Shown: positions 9,697-17,142 of the stretch, in pieces | How the letters are laid out: each line of letters opens with the position of its first letter | Position numbering within the stretch: the first letter of the stretch is position 1 | Assembly (NCBI GenBank): GCA_964351975.1 | Contig: CAYGPK010000003.1 | Coordinates: 24,738-88,737, forward strand | DNA length: 64,000 nucleotides | Direction: 5' to 3' | DNA from: an uncultured Methanosarcinales archaeon | GTDB taxonomy: Archaea; Nanobdellota; Nanobdellia; Woesearchaeales; UBA583 | Translations under genes and position numbers: made by a program | The notes under the pieces: generated by a model | Database searches by the model: none | Told to the model about the DNA's origin: nothing | Seen by the model: only the letters and a program-made list of their open reading frames with translations

Positions 9697-10277
9697 TTCT
9701 TTCTCAACTTAATATATATTATCAAGTTTAATATAATTCCTGTAATTATTACTAATAACACACTGTTAAACATAAATCTATAATTTTCAATGTCAAATAG
9801 ATAATAACTTATATCATTTGATGTCATCATCCAAAAATCGTTGTTAAATAAAAGTGGATGAAAGATATAGTTCCAGAATAATGAAAAAAATGGTATTATA
9901 ATTATTAAACTTGAAATTATAATTAAATTTATTTTTGAATATTTTTTAATTAATTTTTTATTAAATAAGAAAGTTATTGAAATTATTGATAAGATGAATA
10001 TGATAAATAAAACATTGTATATACTTCTAACGTCAGTCATATGTGTTATTTCCTTTTGATTCCACAATTCATTTAATTCTTCATTGTGTAAAAAGAAGTT
10101 AATTAAATTATCAGTTGCATTTAGAGTAGTGTTTTCGCCTAATTTCAGGTATGTGTCTTGTTGATTATAATTAATCTTATACCAAGAATCAGAATAGATT
10201 GTATAAGATAATGGTATGTAGAGAGTTAGAAACAATAAGGATGTAAATAAAATAACATTTTTATAATTAATTTTCAT
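9693..10277 (-). CDS. integral membrane protein (1 N-terminal + 3 C-terminal TM), possibly DUF1461/TIGR01906-like
   Basis: Topology is read from hydrophobic stretches. The loop motif EITHMTDVRSIY is recalled as typical of that family. Family assignment is unverified. Confidence 0.4.
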   Translation of the reverse strand: MKINYKNVILFTSLLFLTLYIPLSYTIYSDSWYKINYNQQDTYLKLGENTTLNATDNLINFFLHNEELNELWNQKEITHMTDVRSIYNVLFIIFILSIISITFLFNKKLIKKYSKINLIIISSLIIIIPFFSLFWNYIFHPLLFNNDFWMMTSNDISYYLFDIENYRFMFNSVLLVIITGIILNLIIYIKLRKN

Positions 10278-10279
10278 TG

Positions 10280-10600
10280 TTAATTTGTCGTATTAGACGT
10301 AGAATTTTCAGATTTTAAACTTGATTCATTTACTAATTTAATAAATAATTCATTGCTTTTTTCAAGTTCTTCTTTTAATATCATTTCATCTTTTTTAGAC
10401 AAATTTGTTATATCTTTATTTGTAGAATTTGATTTTTTAATTTGTTCAATAATGTAATCACTATCAGTTATTTGTTTAGAGTTATTTATTGCAATTGTAT
10501 CGTTGTATGGAATAAATGTTGTTTGGGTATCTGGAATTAGATAGTTTAAACTTAGAAATATTACAAATATAATTGATACAATACTTAATTCTAATCTCAT
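10280..10600 (-). CDS. small N-terminally anchored Asn/Ser-rich protein
   Basis: N-terminal TM is LSIVSIIFVIFLSLNYLI. No recognisable domain. Confidence 0.45.
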   Translation of the reverse strand: MRLELSIVSIIFVIFLSLNYLIPDTQTTFIPYNDTIAINNSKQITDSDYIIEQIKKSNSTNKDITNLSKKDEMILKEELEKSNELFIKLVNESSLKSENSTSNTTN

Positions 10601-10699
10601 ATGTTTAAATTAGATTATAGATTTTATAAACTTTTAGCTTCAAGCTATGAAAGCTTGGTAACTTTATTTTAAAAAGAATTTAGAGAATATATTACTAAA

Positions 10700-12238
10700 T
10701 TAGTAGTATTCTTCTGATGAAGTTAAATCTTCATCTCCTTCATTGTCTGATCTTCTCTTTGCGATTGTGATTACTAAAGCTAGTAATACAATGATTGCTA
10801 AGATAAGTAGTACAACTAATACAACATTTAACCAATTAATTTGTGATCCACCTTCTACGTAAGTACTAACAACAAATTCGTTAACAGTTGCGGATCCTTC
10901 TTTAACAACTAGTGTTAAATCTTTTTCACCAGCAACAGAGTTTTTAACATCAACTGTTACAGTAAATACTGCACTAGATCCACCTTGAACCATAGCTAAT
11001 GTAGGAGAAACTTCTACATCTGCCCAAACAGTTTCAATAGGAACTACTGAGATTGGTTTACTCTCATCATTAGGGTTTGCAACAACAACTTCGAAAGTTT
11101 TTGTTTTACCAGCAATTAAATCCATATTGTTTTTGAAGCTAACTAATAAGTTTTCTTCAGCAGAAACTCTAGGAGATAATACTGTTAATGAGTATGTATT
11201 ACTATTTGAAGTGTATCCATCATCGTATGATAATGTAACTACAACATCGTAAGTTTTAGCAGCTGCAGTATCAGGGATAAACATAAGCATATCGTCTGAA
11301 GTTGCAACTTCATCTGTGTTTAAGTTACTTAAGTAACTAGATTCACTAACACCTAATTCAGGAATAGCAATTCTTACTTTAACTGAATCTTGGTCCTTTT
11401 GACCTCTATTTTTCATTCTTACATTAGCGATAATGTTTTGACCTGGTTCAACTCCTGAACTTGGAGTCATAATTAAGTCTAATACATCAACTCTATGTCT
11501 ATCAGTATCAACATATACAGTATATTCTTTATATGTAATTCCTGAAAGATCATTTGCACCAACAATTCTAATATTATATTCTTTCATATTATCCATGTCA
11601 GCAGGTAATTCAACACTTAATGTTTTAACATAAGTATTACCTTGTACAACTTGAAAAATTTCAGTTGAAGTTACAATAGGTGAGTGCTCATATCCTTCAA
11701 TGAACATCATAATTCTTGCATCATCAAAACTTTCTAGAGCAGCAAGTCTTAGTTCAACATTAACACTGTTACCGTTTTGTACAGTTAAAGTATCTGCGTC
11801 ACTAACTTCTAATCCATTAATTTTAACATTTTCTAGTAAAAGATCTAGACCTTCAGTATCTTTTTCACTTCCAAATAAGAAAGCTCTTGATACACTATTT
11901 CCATCGGATTCAACAGTTACTCTGTATGTTTCACCTTTTTCAAGAGAATCAAATGAGTTTGTTACTTCTTTTAGATTATATGTATATACTTTAGTATCGT
12001 TTGTATCAACTTTTACTACGCCTACATTTTTAGTAGTCCCTAACTCTTCAATTGTAAATTCTAATTCTGTGAATACACCTGAAAGTGTATTTTCATTACT
12101 TAATGAGACAATTAATAAATAATCCCCGTTATCTTGTTGAATGGATAAGTCATCTACATTAATTGGACTAGCGAAAGCCATTCCAAATAATGCAATAAAT
12201 GACATTAATACCCATGCAAGTACTTTATTACTTTTCAT
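10700..12238 (-). CDS. S-layer-like / CARDB-type repeat cell-surface protein with signal peptide and C-terminal TM anchor
   Basis: From the ATG at 12238 the signal peptide reads MKSNKVLAWVLMSFIALFGMAFA (the track start at 12253 is GTG). Repeated beta-sandwich-like segments follow. C-terminus has TM WLNVVLVVLLILAIIVLLALVITIA + KRR + an acidic tail. Architecture parallels 60601-61824. Confidence 0.65.
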   Translation of the reverse strand: MKSNKVLAWVLMSFIALFGMAFASPINVDDLSIQQDNGDYLLIVSLSNENTLSGVFTELEFTIEELGTTKNVGVVKVDTNDTKVYTYNLKEVTNSFDSLEKGETYRVTVESDGNSVSRAFLFGSEKDTEGLDLLLENVKINGLEVSDADTLTVQNGNSVNVELRLAALESFDDARIMMFIEGYEHSPIVTSTEIFQVVQGNTYVKTLSVELPADMDNMKEYNIRIVGANDLSGITYKEYTVYVDTDRHRVDVLDLIMTPSSGVEPGQNIIANVRMKNRGQKDQDSVKVRIAIPELGVSESSYLSNLNTDEVATSDDMLMFIPDTAAAKTYDVVVTLSYDDGYTSNSNTYSLTVLSPRVSAEENLLVSFKNNMDLIAGKTKTFEVVVANPNDESKPISVVPIETVWADVEVSPTLAMVQGGSSAVFTVTVDVKNSVAGEKDLTLVVKEGSATVNEFVVSTYVEGGSQINWLNVVLVVLLILAIIVLLALVITIAKRRSDNEGDEDLTSSEEYY

Positions 12239-12411
12239 TTTTGATTTTAACACTAACCATTTTTTAGTAGTGAATATGGTTTGTAATATGATTAGTTCTT
12301 ATTTATTTATAAACTTTTCGAAGTTTGTTCACTTTCAAATGACAACTAAATAACAATAATATTCTATTAAACAGGTTAGATATATAAATAGAATCAAATT
12401 GGTTTACCTTT

Positions 12412-13143
12412 ATGAAGGTTTTGATTAGTAAAAAAACAGGTATATATTATTATTATAAGAGTGAAGGAGATTATCATTGTAAAGAGGGAGTTGTTTTAGA
12501 GAAAGACATTAATTCTGGTTCTAAGGTTATTACATCTAATATTGGAAGAGACTTTTTTGTCTTTGATGCTAATTTTTATGATTTTAAGCAAAAAATAAAA
12601 AGAGGCCCTCAAATTATTCTTGAGAAAGATTTAGGTTATATAATAGCAAGAAGTGGCGTTGGTAAGAATAGTTTTATTGTTGAGGCTGGTGGAGGTAGTG
12701 GTGGTGCTACTTTATTTTTTGCAAATATTGCTAATAAAGTTCATACATATGAAGTAAAGAAAGAGCATTGTGATATAATTAATAAGAATCTTGAGAGTTT
12801 TAAAATAGATAATGTTAAGGTATTTGAGAAAGATTTAGCTGATGAAATAGAGAATGAAAGAGATGTTGATATGTTGTTTTTAGATATGCCAGAACCGAGC
12901 GAGATTTTGAAGTGTGATTTGCGAGCTGTGAAAAGTGGAAGTTATGTTGTTTGTTATGTCCCATCTATTAGTCAAATTCAAGAGATTACTAAAATGGTTG
13001 CTGAGAAGAGAGATGATTTTTATTTAGAGGAGATAACTGAAGTTGGTTTACGTCATTGGAAAGTTTGGGAGAAAGTTTCAAGACCAATGCATAGAAAAGA
13101 TATTGATCATACTGCATTTCTTGTATTTATTAGAAAGATTTAA
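12412..13143 (+). CDS. trmI: tRNA (adenine-N1)-methyltransferase TrmI/Gcd14 family
   Basis: GPQIILEKDLGYIIARSGVGKNSFIVEAGGGSGGATLFFA (SAM motif I) and a size of about 240 aa are typical of TrmI. Confidence 0.8.
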   Translation: MKVLISKKTGIYYYYKSEGDYHCKEGVVLEKDINSGSKVITSNIGRDFFVFDANFYDFKQKIKRGPQIILEKDLGYIIARSGVGKNSFIVEAGGGSGGATLFFANIANKVHTYEVKKEHCDIINKNLESFKIDNVKVFEKDLADEIENERDVDMLFLDMPEPSEILKCDLRAVKSGSYVVCYVPSISQIQEITKMVAEKRDDFYLEEITEVGLRHWKVWEKVSRPMHRKDIDHTAFLVFIRKI

Positions 13144-13196
13144 TTTTAATATTTTAAAATCAATAACTTTAAAAACTTCTTTAACAAAATAATATT

Positions 13197-14252
13197 ATGT
13201 ATGATTTAAGAAGTGGAGGTTTATCTCATTGCTATTTAGACACTGAAGCTAATGGTTTTTCAAATGTTGCTGTAGGTCTTACTATAAGAGCAATTGGCCA
13301 CGGTCTTAAAGTTGCTTATGTTGATGTTTCAAATTCTGCTTCTAAATTTTCTAATTTTTTGGAAAATCTTAGTTTATCTTATTCTTTTGTTAAAAAATTT
13401 GATAGGCTCAGTGTTGATATTTATACTTTTAAGAAAGATTCTAAAATTCAAAAATCTATTTTACCTCTTGTTGAGTTTTTTTCAATTGATGATAAATTAT
13501 TTTGGAATGGACTTGAAAAGTATGATTTAATTGTTTTTGATAATGTTTCTACTCAAATTGATAAATTTAAAATTATTAATTTTTTACAGAGTAAAGGAAT
13601 GAGCTGTGAGGTTGTTTTTGTTTTTTCAGAAGAGAAGGCTTTTAATGAGGTTAAAGATAATTTTGATTTGGTTAGTAAATATAGCTATGAGAAAAAGAAA
13701 TTGTTTACTAGCAAAGGGGTTTTGAATGTTACAGGTGATGGCAAAGGTAAGTCAACTTATGGTTTTGGACATTTAATTAAAGCTTTTATTTCTAAACAAG
13801 ATGTTAAGTTAATTTATTTTGATAAAGGTGGAGATTTTTATGGTGAGAAATTCTTTTTTAGAGCTTTGAAGCAGTGGTCTAAAGAAAATAATTTGTATGG
13901 AAAATTTGATTTTGTTTCAACTGGTCTTGAGAGATTTGATGGAAAGAAATTTAGATTTGAGAATACTGATTCTGATATTGCTGAAGCTAAAGAAGGACTT
14001 ATGCTACTTAAAACTTCATTAAAGAAGCAAACGCCTGTTATTGCAGAAGAACTTAATACACTTGTTAAAACCGGACTTTTAAACATTAATGAGATTATGG
14101 AAGTTCTTAGTAATGTGAGTTATGAAGTAGTTGTTACAGGGAGATATTCTCCAAAAGAAATTATAGATATTTCATCAACTATTGTAACTGTTAATGAGAT
14201 TAAACATTATGCTAAATCTGGTCATAGCGTTAGAAAAGGAATTGATTTTTAG
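13197..14252 (+). CDS. internally duplicated cob(I)yrinic acid a,c-diamide adenosyltransferase (CobA/CobO/BtuR)-like protein
   Basis: The C-terminal half has the P-loop GDGKGKST and the family end motif VVVTGRYSPKEIIDISSTIVTVNEIKHYAKSGHSVRKGIDF. The N-terminal half is a degenerate copy without a P-loop (TEANGFSNVAVGLTIRAIGHGLKVAYVDV). Confidence 0.7.
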   Translation: MYDLRSGGLSHCYLDTEANGFSNVAVGLTIRAIGHGLKVAYVDVSNSASKFSNFLENLSLSYSFVKKFDRLSVDIYTFKKDSKIQKSILPLVEFFSIDDKLFWNGLEKYDLIVFDNVSTQIDKFKIINFLQSKGMSCEVVFVFSEEKAFNEVKDNFDLVSKYSYEKKKLFTSKGVLNVTGDGKGKSTYGFGHLIKAFISKQDVKLIYFDKGGDFYGEKFFFRALKQWSKENNLYGKFDFVSTGLERFDGKKFRFENTDSDIAEAKEGLMLLKTSLKKQTPVIAEELNTLVKTGLLNINEIMEVLSNVSYEVVVTGRYSPKEIIDISSTIVTVNEIKHYAKSGHSVRKGIDF

Positions 14253-14330
14253 CCACCTTTTATTCACTATTTCTTTTGATTTATAAGGCAAGAAGGATTA
14301 TCTTATTTATAGAACTGCCCTTTAGTCACT

Positions 14331-14362
14331 AAGGAGTAACAAAAGTTCAAAACATTTATAAG
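14331..14362 (+). promoter_or_regulatory. promoter: AAGGAGTAACAAAAG motif + TATA (CATTTATAAG) about 27 nt upstream of the ATG
   Basis: The 12-nt string AGGAGTAACAAA is identical to the one upstream of archaellin 1. TATA spacing fits a leaderless transcript. Confidence 0.5.
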
Positions 14363-14384
14363 TCAAGTCTTATTTACTACTTTT

Positions 14385-15446
14385 ATGAGTTTAGTTGATA
14401 AATTATTAAGTCTTAGTTCTGGAGTTTTAGTTGCAGGAGGAATTAGTCTTGGAGCTTCACAAGCGTTTGCACAAGATACAGTATCTTCTTCTTTTTCTAA
14501 AATTGTTAAAGTTGAGGATGGTAGGAGTGTACAAGTAACAACAAGATGTAGGGGAGATGGTGAAACTTTACCTGAAATATTAACAAGAAATGAAGTTGAT
14601 GGTTTTAATTATGAAGGCATTAATTTTTCTCAAAGTGATAATTTAATCATAACTGCTTGTACAAGTAGATTTTCTGATGAATTCTTTAATGCTGCAGTTG
14701 AACATGCGATTCAAATTGATAAAGATTTTCATGAAACAATAAAATTTGCATCAGAGTTATATGATCTTCCTTTGGGACTTTTTATGGCTAAGGTAGCTAT
14801 TGAAGGTGGACAACCTTATTCGAATTATCCTACAGGAGGTGGAGAGAATTCACATACTGGAGCAAAGGGAATTTCACAAATTTTTCCTGCAGCAGTCTTA
14901 GATGCTATCAAATACACTGGAGCAAAAGGGATTTCACAGTCACCCTTATATCAACATTATGGTGAAATTCAAAAATGTGAAGAATTAGTGAGAAAAGTTG
15001 ATGATGAAGATTTTAAAAAAAAAAGAGAAGTTTTTACAAAATGTTGGAAAGAGAATTTAGGAGATATAATTGAAGGAATAAGGGATGATCCTAAATTAAA
15101 TATTATAGCTGGATATGCATATGGAGCTTATATAATGGAAAATTTTGCAAATAAGGATGCAGTTTTAACTGCAATTATGTATAATTCAGGGTTATCAATA
15201 TCTACTAGGAGTAGAGACATAACAAATTTAATTAAGTCTTATTCTGAAAGAAAAGATAAATCTATGTTAGATATTTATCCTGATGGGTTACATCTTCATA
15301 TAAAATCTCCTGCAGACTCAAGATATGCTACTAAATGGGCATTAGTTTTAAGAGAATTTAGTGATAGAGAAATAGATTTTTTAAGTTCCACTACTTCTGC
15401 TAGAAGAAATTTTCATGGTCATTTAGAAGTAGCTCAAAATAATTAA
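14385..15446 (+). CDS. secreted SLT-domain lytic transglycosylase-like protein
   Basis: Signal peptide ends ...GASQAFAQD. SLT motifs are AKVAIEGG (catalytic Glu region), GAKGISQIFPAA (GLMQ-like) and AGYAYGAYI...AIMYNSG. TGAKGISQ is duplicated in frame. Confidence 0.7.
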   Translation: MSLVDKLLSLSSGVLVAGGISLGASQAFAQDTVSSSFSKIVKVEDGRSVQVTTRCRGDGETLPEILTRNEVDGFNYEGINFSQSDNLIITACTSRFSDEFFNAAVEHAIQIDKDFHETIKFASELYDLPLGLFMAKVAIEGGQPYSNYPTGGGENSHTGAKGISQIFPAAVLDAIKYTGAKGISQSPLYQHYGEIQKCEELVRKVDDEDFKKKREVFTKCWKENLGDIIEGIRDDPKLNIIAGYAYGAYIMENFANKDAVLTAIMYNSGLSISTRSRDITNLIKSYSERKDKSMLDIYPDGLHLHIKSPADSRYATKWALVLREFSDREIDFLSSTTSARRNFHGHLEVAQNN

Positions 15447-15509
15447 TTGTTTTTTCTCTATTCTCTAGTAAGTGTAAATTTTTATATTGTTTTAATATGA
15501 TAAAATTCT

Positions 15510-16259
15510 ATGGGTTTATTTAGTAAACATAAAAGTTCGGATAGTACTATGCCTCCTGCTCCACCTAGTGCTTCTCTTAATTCTATCAAAGAGAGTTCTC
15601 AAGGTTCAAGTATGAGTGATTTACCTTCTCCACCTATGCCTGAGATGTCAAAGAGTGGAAATTTATCACCGCCTCCAATTCCAGGAGGAAATAGCTTAGA
15701 TGATATTAAAGAACAAGTTTCATATAACAATAATAATAGCAATAATGCTATGATGAATAATCAATCAAATGATTCTTCTTTTGATTCACAAGGTAATGAT
15801 TCAAATTCTTTTGATTCTTCTTCTGATTCTTTATTTGATGATATGTTTAGTACAGATGAAGAGCATCAAGAAGATGTTTCTAAAAAATCTGATAATTCTC
15901 AGAGGATGCAAACTACAAATAATGGTTCTGCATTTGATATAACTGAATTTGATAATAGTGAATCTTTAGTTGATACTAGTATGGAGAGAAGTGATTCATT
16001 AGGATTTGTAAGAGGTGGACATTATAATTCTCATTCTGGAAAAGATAGTTGTTTTTTAACAACTAGTCAATTTAAAGCTTTACTTGAAATTGTTGAAGGA
16101 GTTAAATCTAAGGTTAAAGATTCAACTGAAATTCATTTAAGACTTATGGATATTAAATCTGAAGAAGATATTGAGTATGAGAATTTAAGAAAGAATTTTG
16201 CTCAAATGGAAGATAAATTGTATGAATTAGATACTATACTTTTTGAAGAAGATAAATAA
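15510..16259 (+). CDS. low-complexity protein: MGLFSK N-terminus, Pro-rich then Asn/Ser/Asp-rich linker, C-terminal coiled-coil module
   Basis: Composition read directly from the translation. The C-terminal ~65 aa are similar to the two following ORFs. Confidence 0.55.
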   Translation: MGLFSKHKSSDSTMPPAPPSASLNSIKESSQGSSMSDLPSPPMPEMSKSGNLSPPPIPGGNSLDDIKEQVSYNNNNSNNAMMNNQSNDSSFDSQGNDSNSFDSSSDSLFDDMFSTDEEHQEDVSKKSDNSQRMQTTNNGSAFDITEFDNSESLVDTSMERSDSLGFVRGGHYNSHSGKDSCFLTTSQFKALLEIVEGVKSKVKDSTEIHLRLMDIKSEEDIEYENLRKNFAQMEDKLYELDTILFEEDK

Positions 16260-16265
16260 TAAAAA

Positions 16266-16472
16266 ATGATGAGAAAAAGAGATATTTATATTAAAGTAGA
16301 CGGTTTAAATGAAATTGTTGAACTTTTAGAATCTATTAAAAATACAGAGAAGCTTCTTAAGTCTCTTTTTGAGGAATATGACAAATTATGTTCTGATGAA
16401 AATAAATCTTTTGAAAATTGGAATAATTATTTAGAAGATATATTTCAAAGAATGGATCATTTAACTTTATAA
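16266..16472 (+). CDS. 68-aa coiled-coil protein, paralogous module
   Basis: IYIKVDGLNEIVELLESIKN...SDENKSFENWNNYLEDI aligns with CFLTTSQFKALLEIVEGVKS...SEEDIEYENLRKNFAQM of the upstream ORF. Confidence 0.5.
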   Translation: MMRKRDIYIKVDGLNEIVELLESIKNTEKLLKSLFEEYDKLCSDENKSFENWNNYLEDIFQRMDHLTL

Positions 16473-16478
16473 AATAAA

Positions 16479-17021
16479 ATGGCTAAATCACATATTAAGA
16501 AAAAAGAGCATAACTCAGGACAAGTTGCAGATTTATATATTCCTATGAATGATTATTCTGAGAAGAGAAAAAGTTTACTTATTGCACTAAAAGATACTTT
16601 GATTGTTCAAGATGAATCTGAGAAAGTTTTAACTATTAGAAAAAGAAAAGCTGAGATTTTAAGGGAGATAAAAAAGAATATGGATTCTCTTAACTCTGAT
16701 TATCAAAAAGTAAAAAAATTAATGCCTAATGTTAAAAATGTTATATCTAATACTGAAAAAGAGATTAGTGAACTTGATTCACATATTTTAATGCTTAAAG
16801 GCGGAATTGATAATTCTAAAGAGGATATAGATAGTTATGAACATATGAAAAAAAATAATTCTTTTAAAGAAAAACCAAGTAAAGAAGAAGTTCATCCTGC
16901 TGTTAAAAAGAAGGAACATGTTAAAAAAGAAGTTGTTAAACATGTAGATTCTAAAGTTTCAAAGATGGATAGAATTAAGAATAATTTGAGTGTTATTGAA
17001 GCTAAATTAAAAAATATATAA
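16479..17021 (+). CDS. 180-aa Lys-rich coiled-coil protein
   Basis: The same N-terminal module pattern (LYIPMNDYSEKRKSLLIALKD...) followed by heptad-like, K/E-rich sequence. Confidence 0.5.
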   Translation: MAKSHIKKKEHNSGQVADLYIPMNDYSEKRKSLLIALKDTLIVQDESEKVLTIRKRKAEILREIKKNMDSLNSDYQKVKKLMPNVKNVISNTEKEISELDSHILMLKGGIDNSKEDIDSYEHMKKNNSFKEKPSKEEVHPAVKKKEHVKKEVVKHVDSKVSKMDRIKNNLSVIEAKLKNI

Positions 17022-17050
17022 ATTTTAATTTAATTTTTTCTATAACTTAG

Positions 17051-17110
17051 TTATTTGAAATCTTATGTAGTTATACTATAGCGCAATTTCAAATTGCCTT
17101 GTTCTAAAAA
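17051..17110. repeat. conserved intergenic hairpin element, copy A
   Basis: Sequence is TTATTTGAAATCTTATGTAG...AATTTCAAATTGCCTTGTTCTAAAAA. Outer stem is ATTTGAAAT/ATTTCAAAT with an inner mini-hairpin. Lies between convergent genes. Confidence 0.6.
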
Positions 17111-17142
17111 TTTTAAATTAAAATTTATTTTTCAATTCTTTT

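Noticed and set aside
12290-12330. AGTGAACAAAC + TTTATAAATA upstream of the S-layer-like gene as a further copy of the AGGAGTRACAA promoter motif
   Set aside because: Only the generic AACAAAC BRE-like part matches. The TATA lies ~62 nt from the ATG, and a closer TATA-like element exists.
11700-12353. Plus-strand ORFs of 140 and 70 aa
   Set aside because: They are antisense to the S-layer-like gene or lie in its promoter region. No motifs were seen. The same reasoning applies to 1958-2149, 4953-5215, 13294-13530, 13838-14086, 23936-24142, 24716-25228, 26966-27187, 32104-32394, 43443-43652, 46586-46819, 50303-50488, 51176-51388, 56173-56460, 59200-59388 and 60158-60343.
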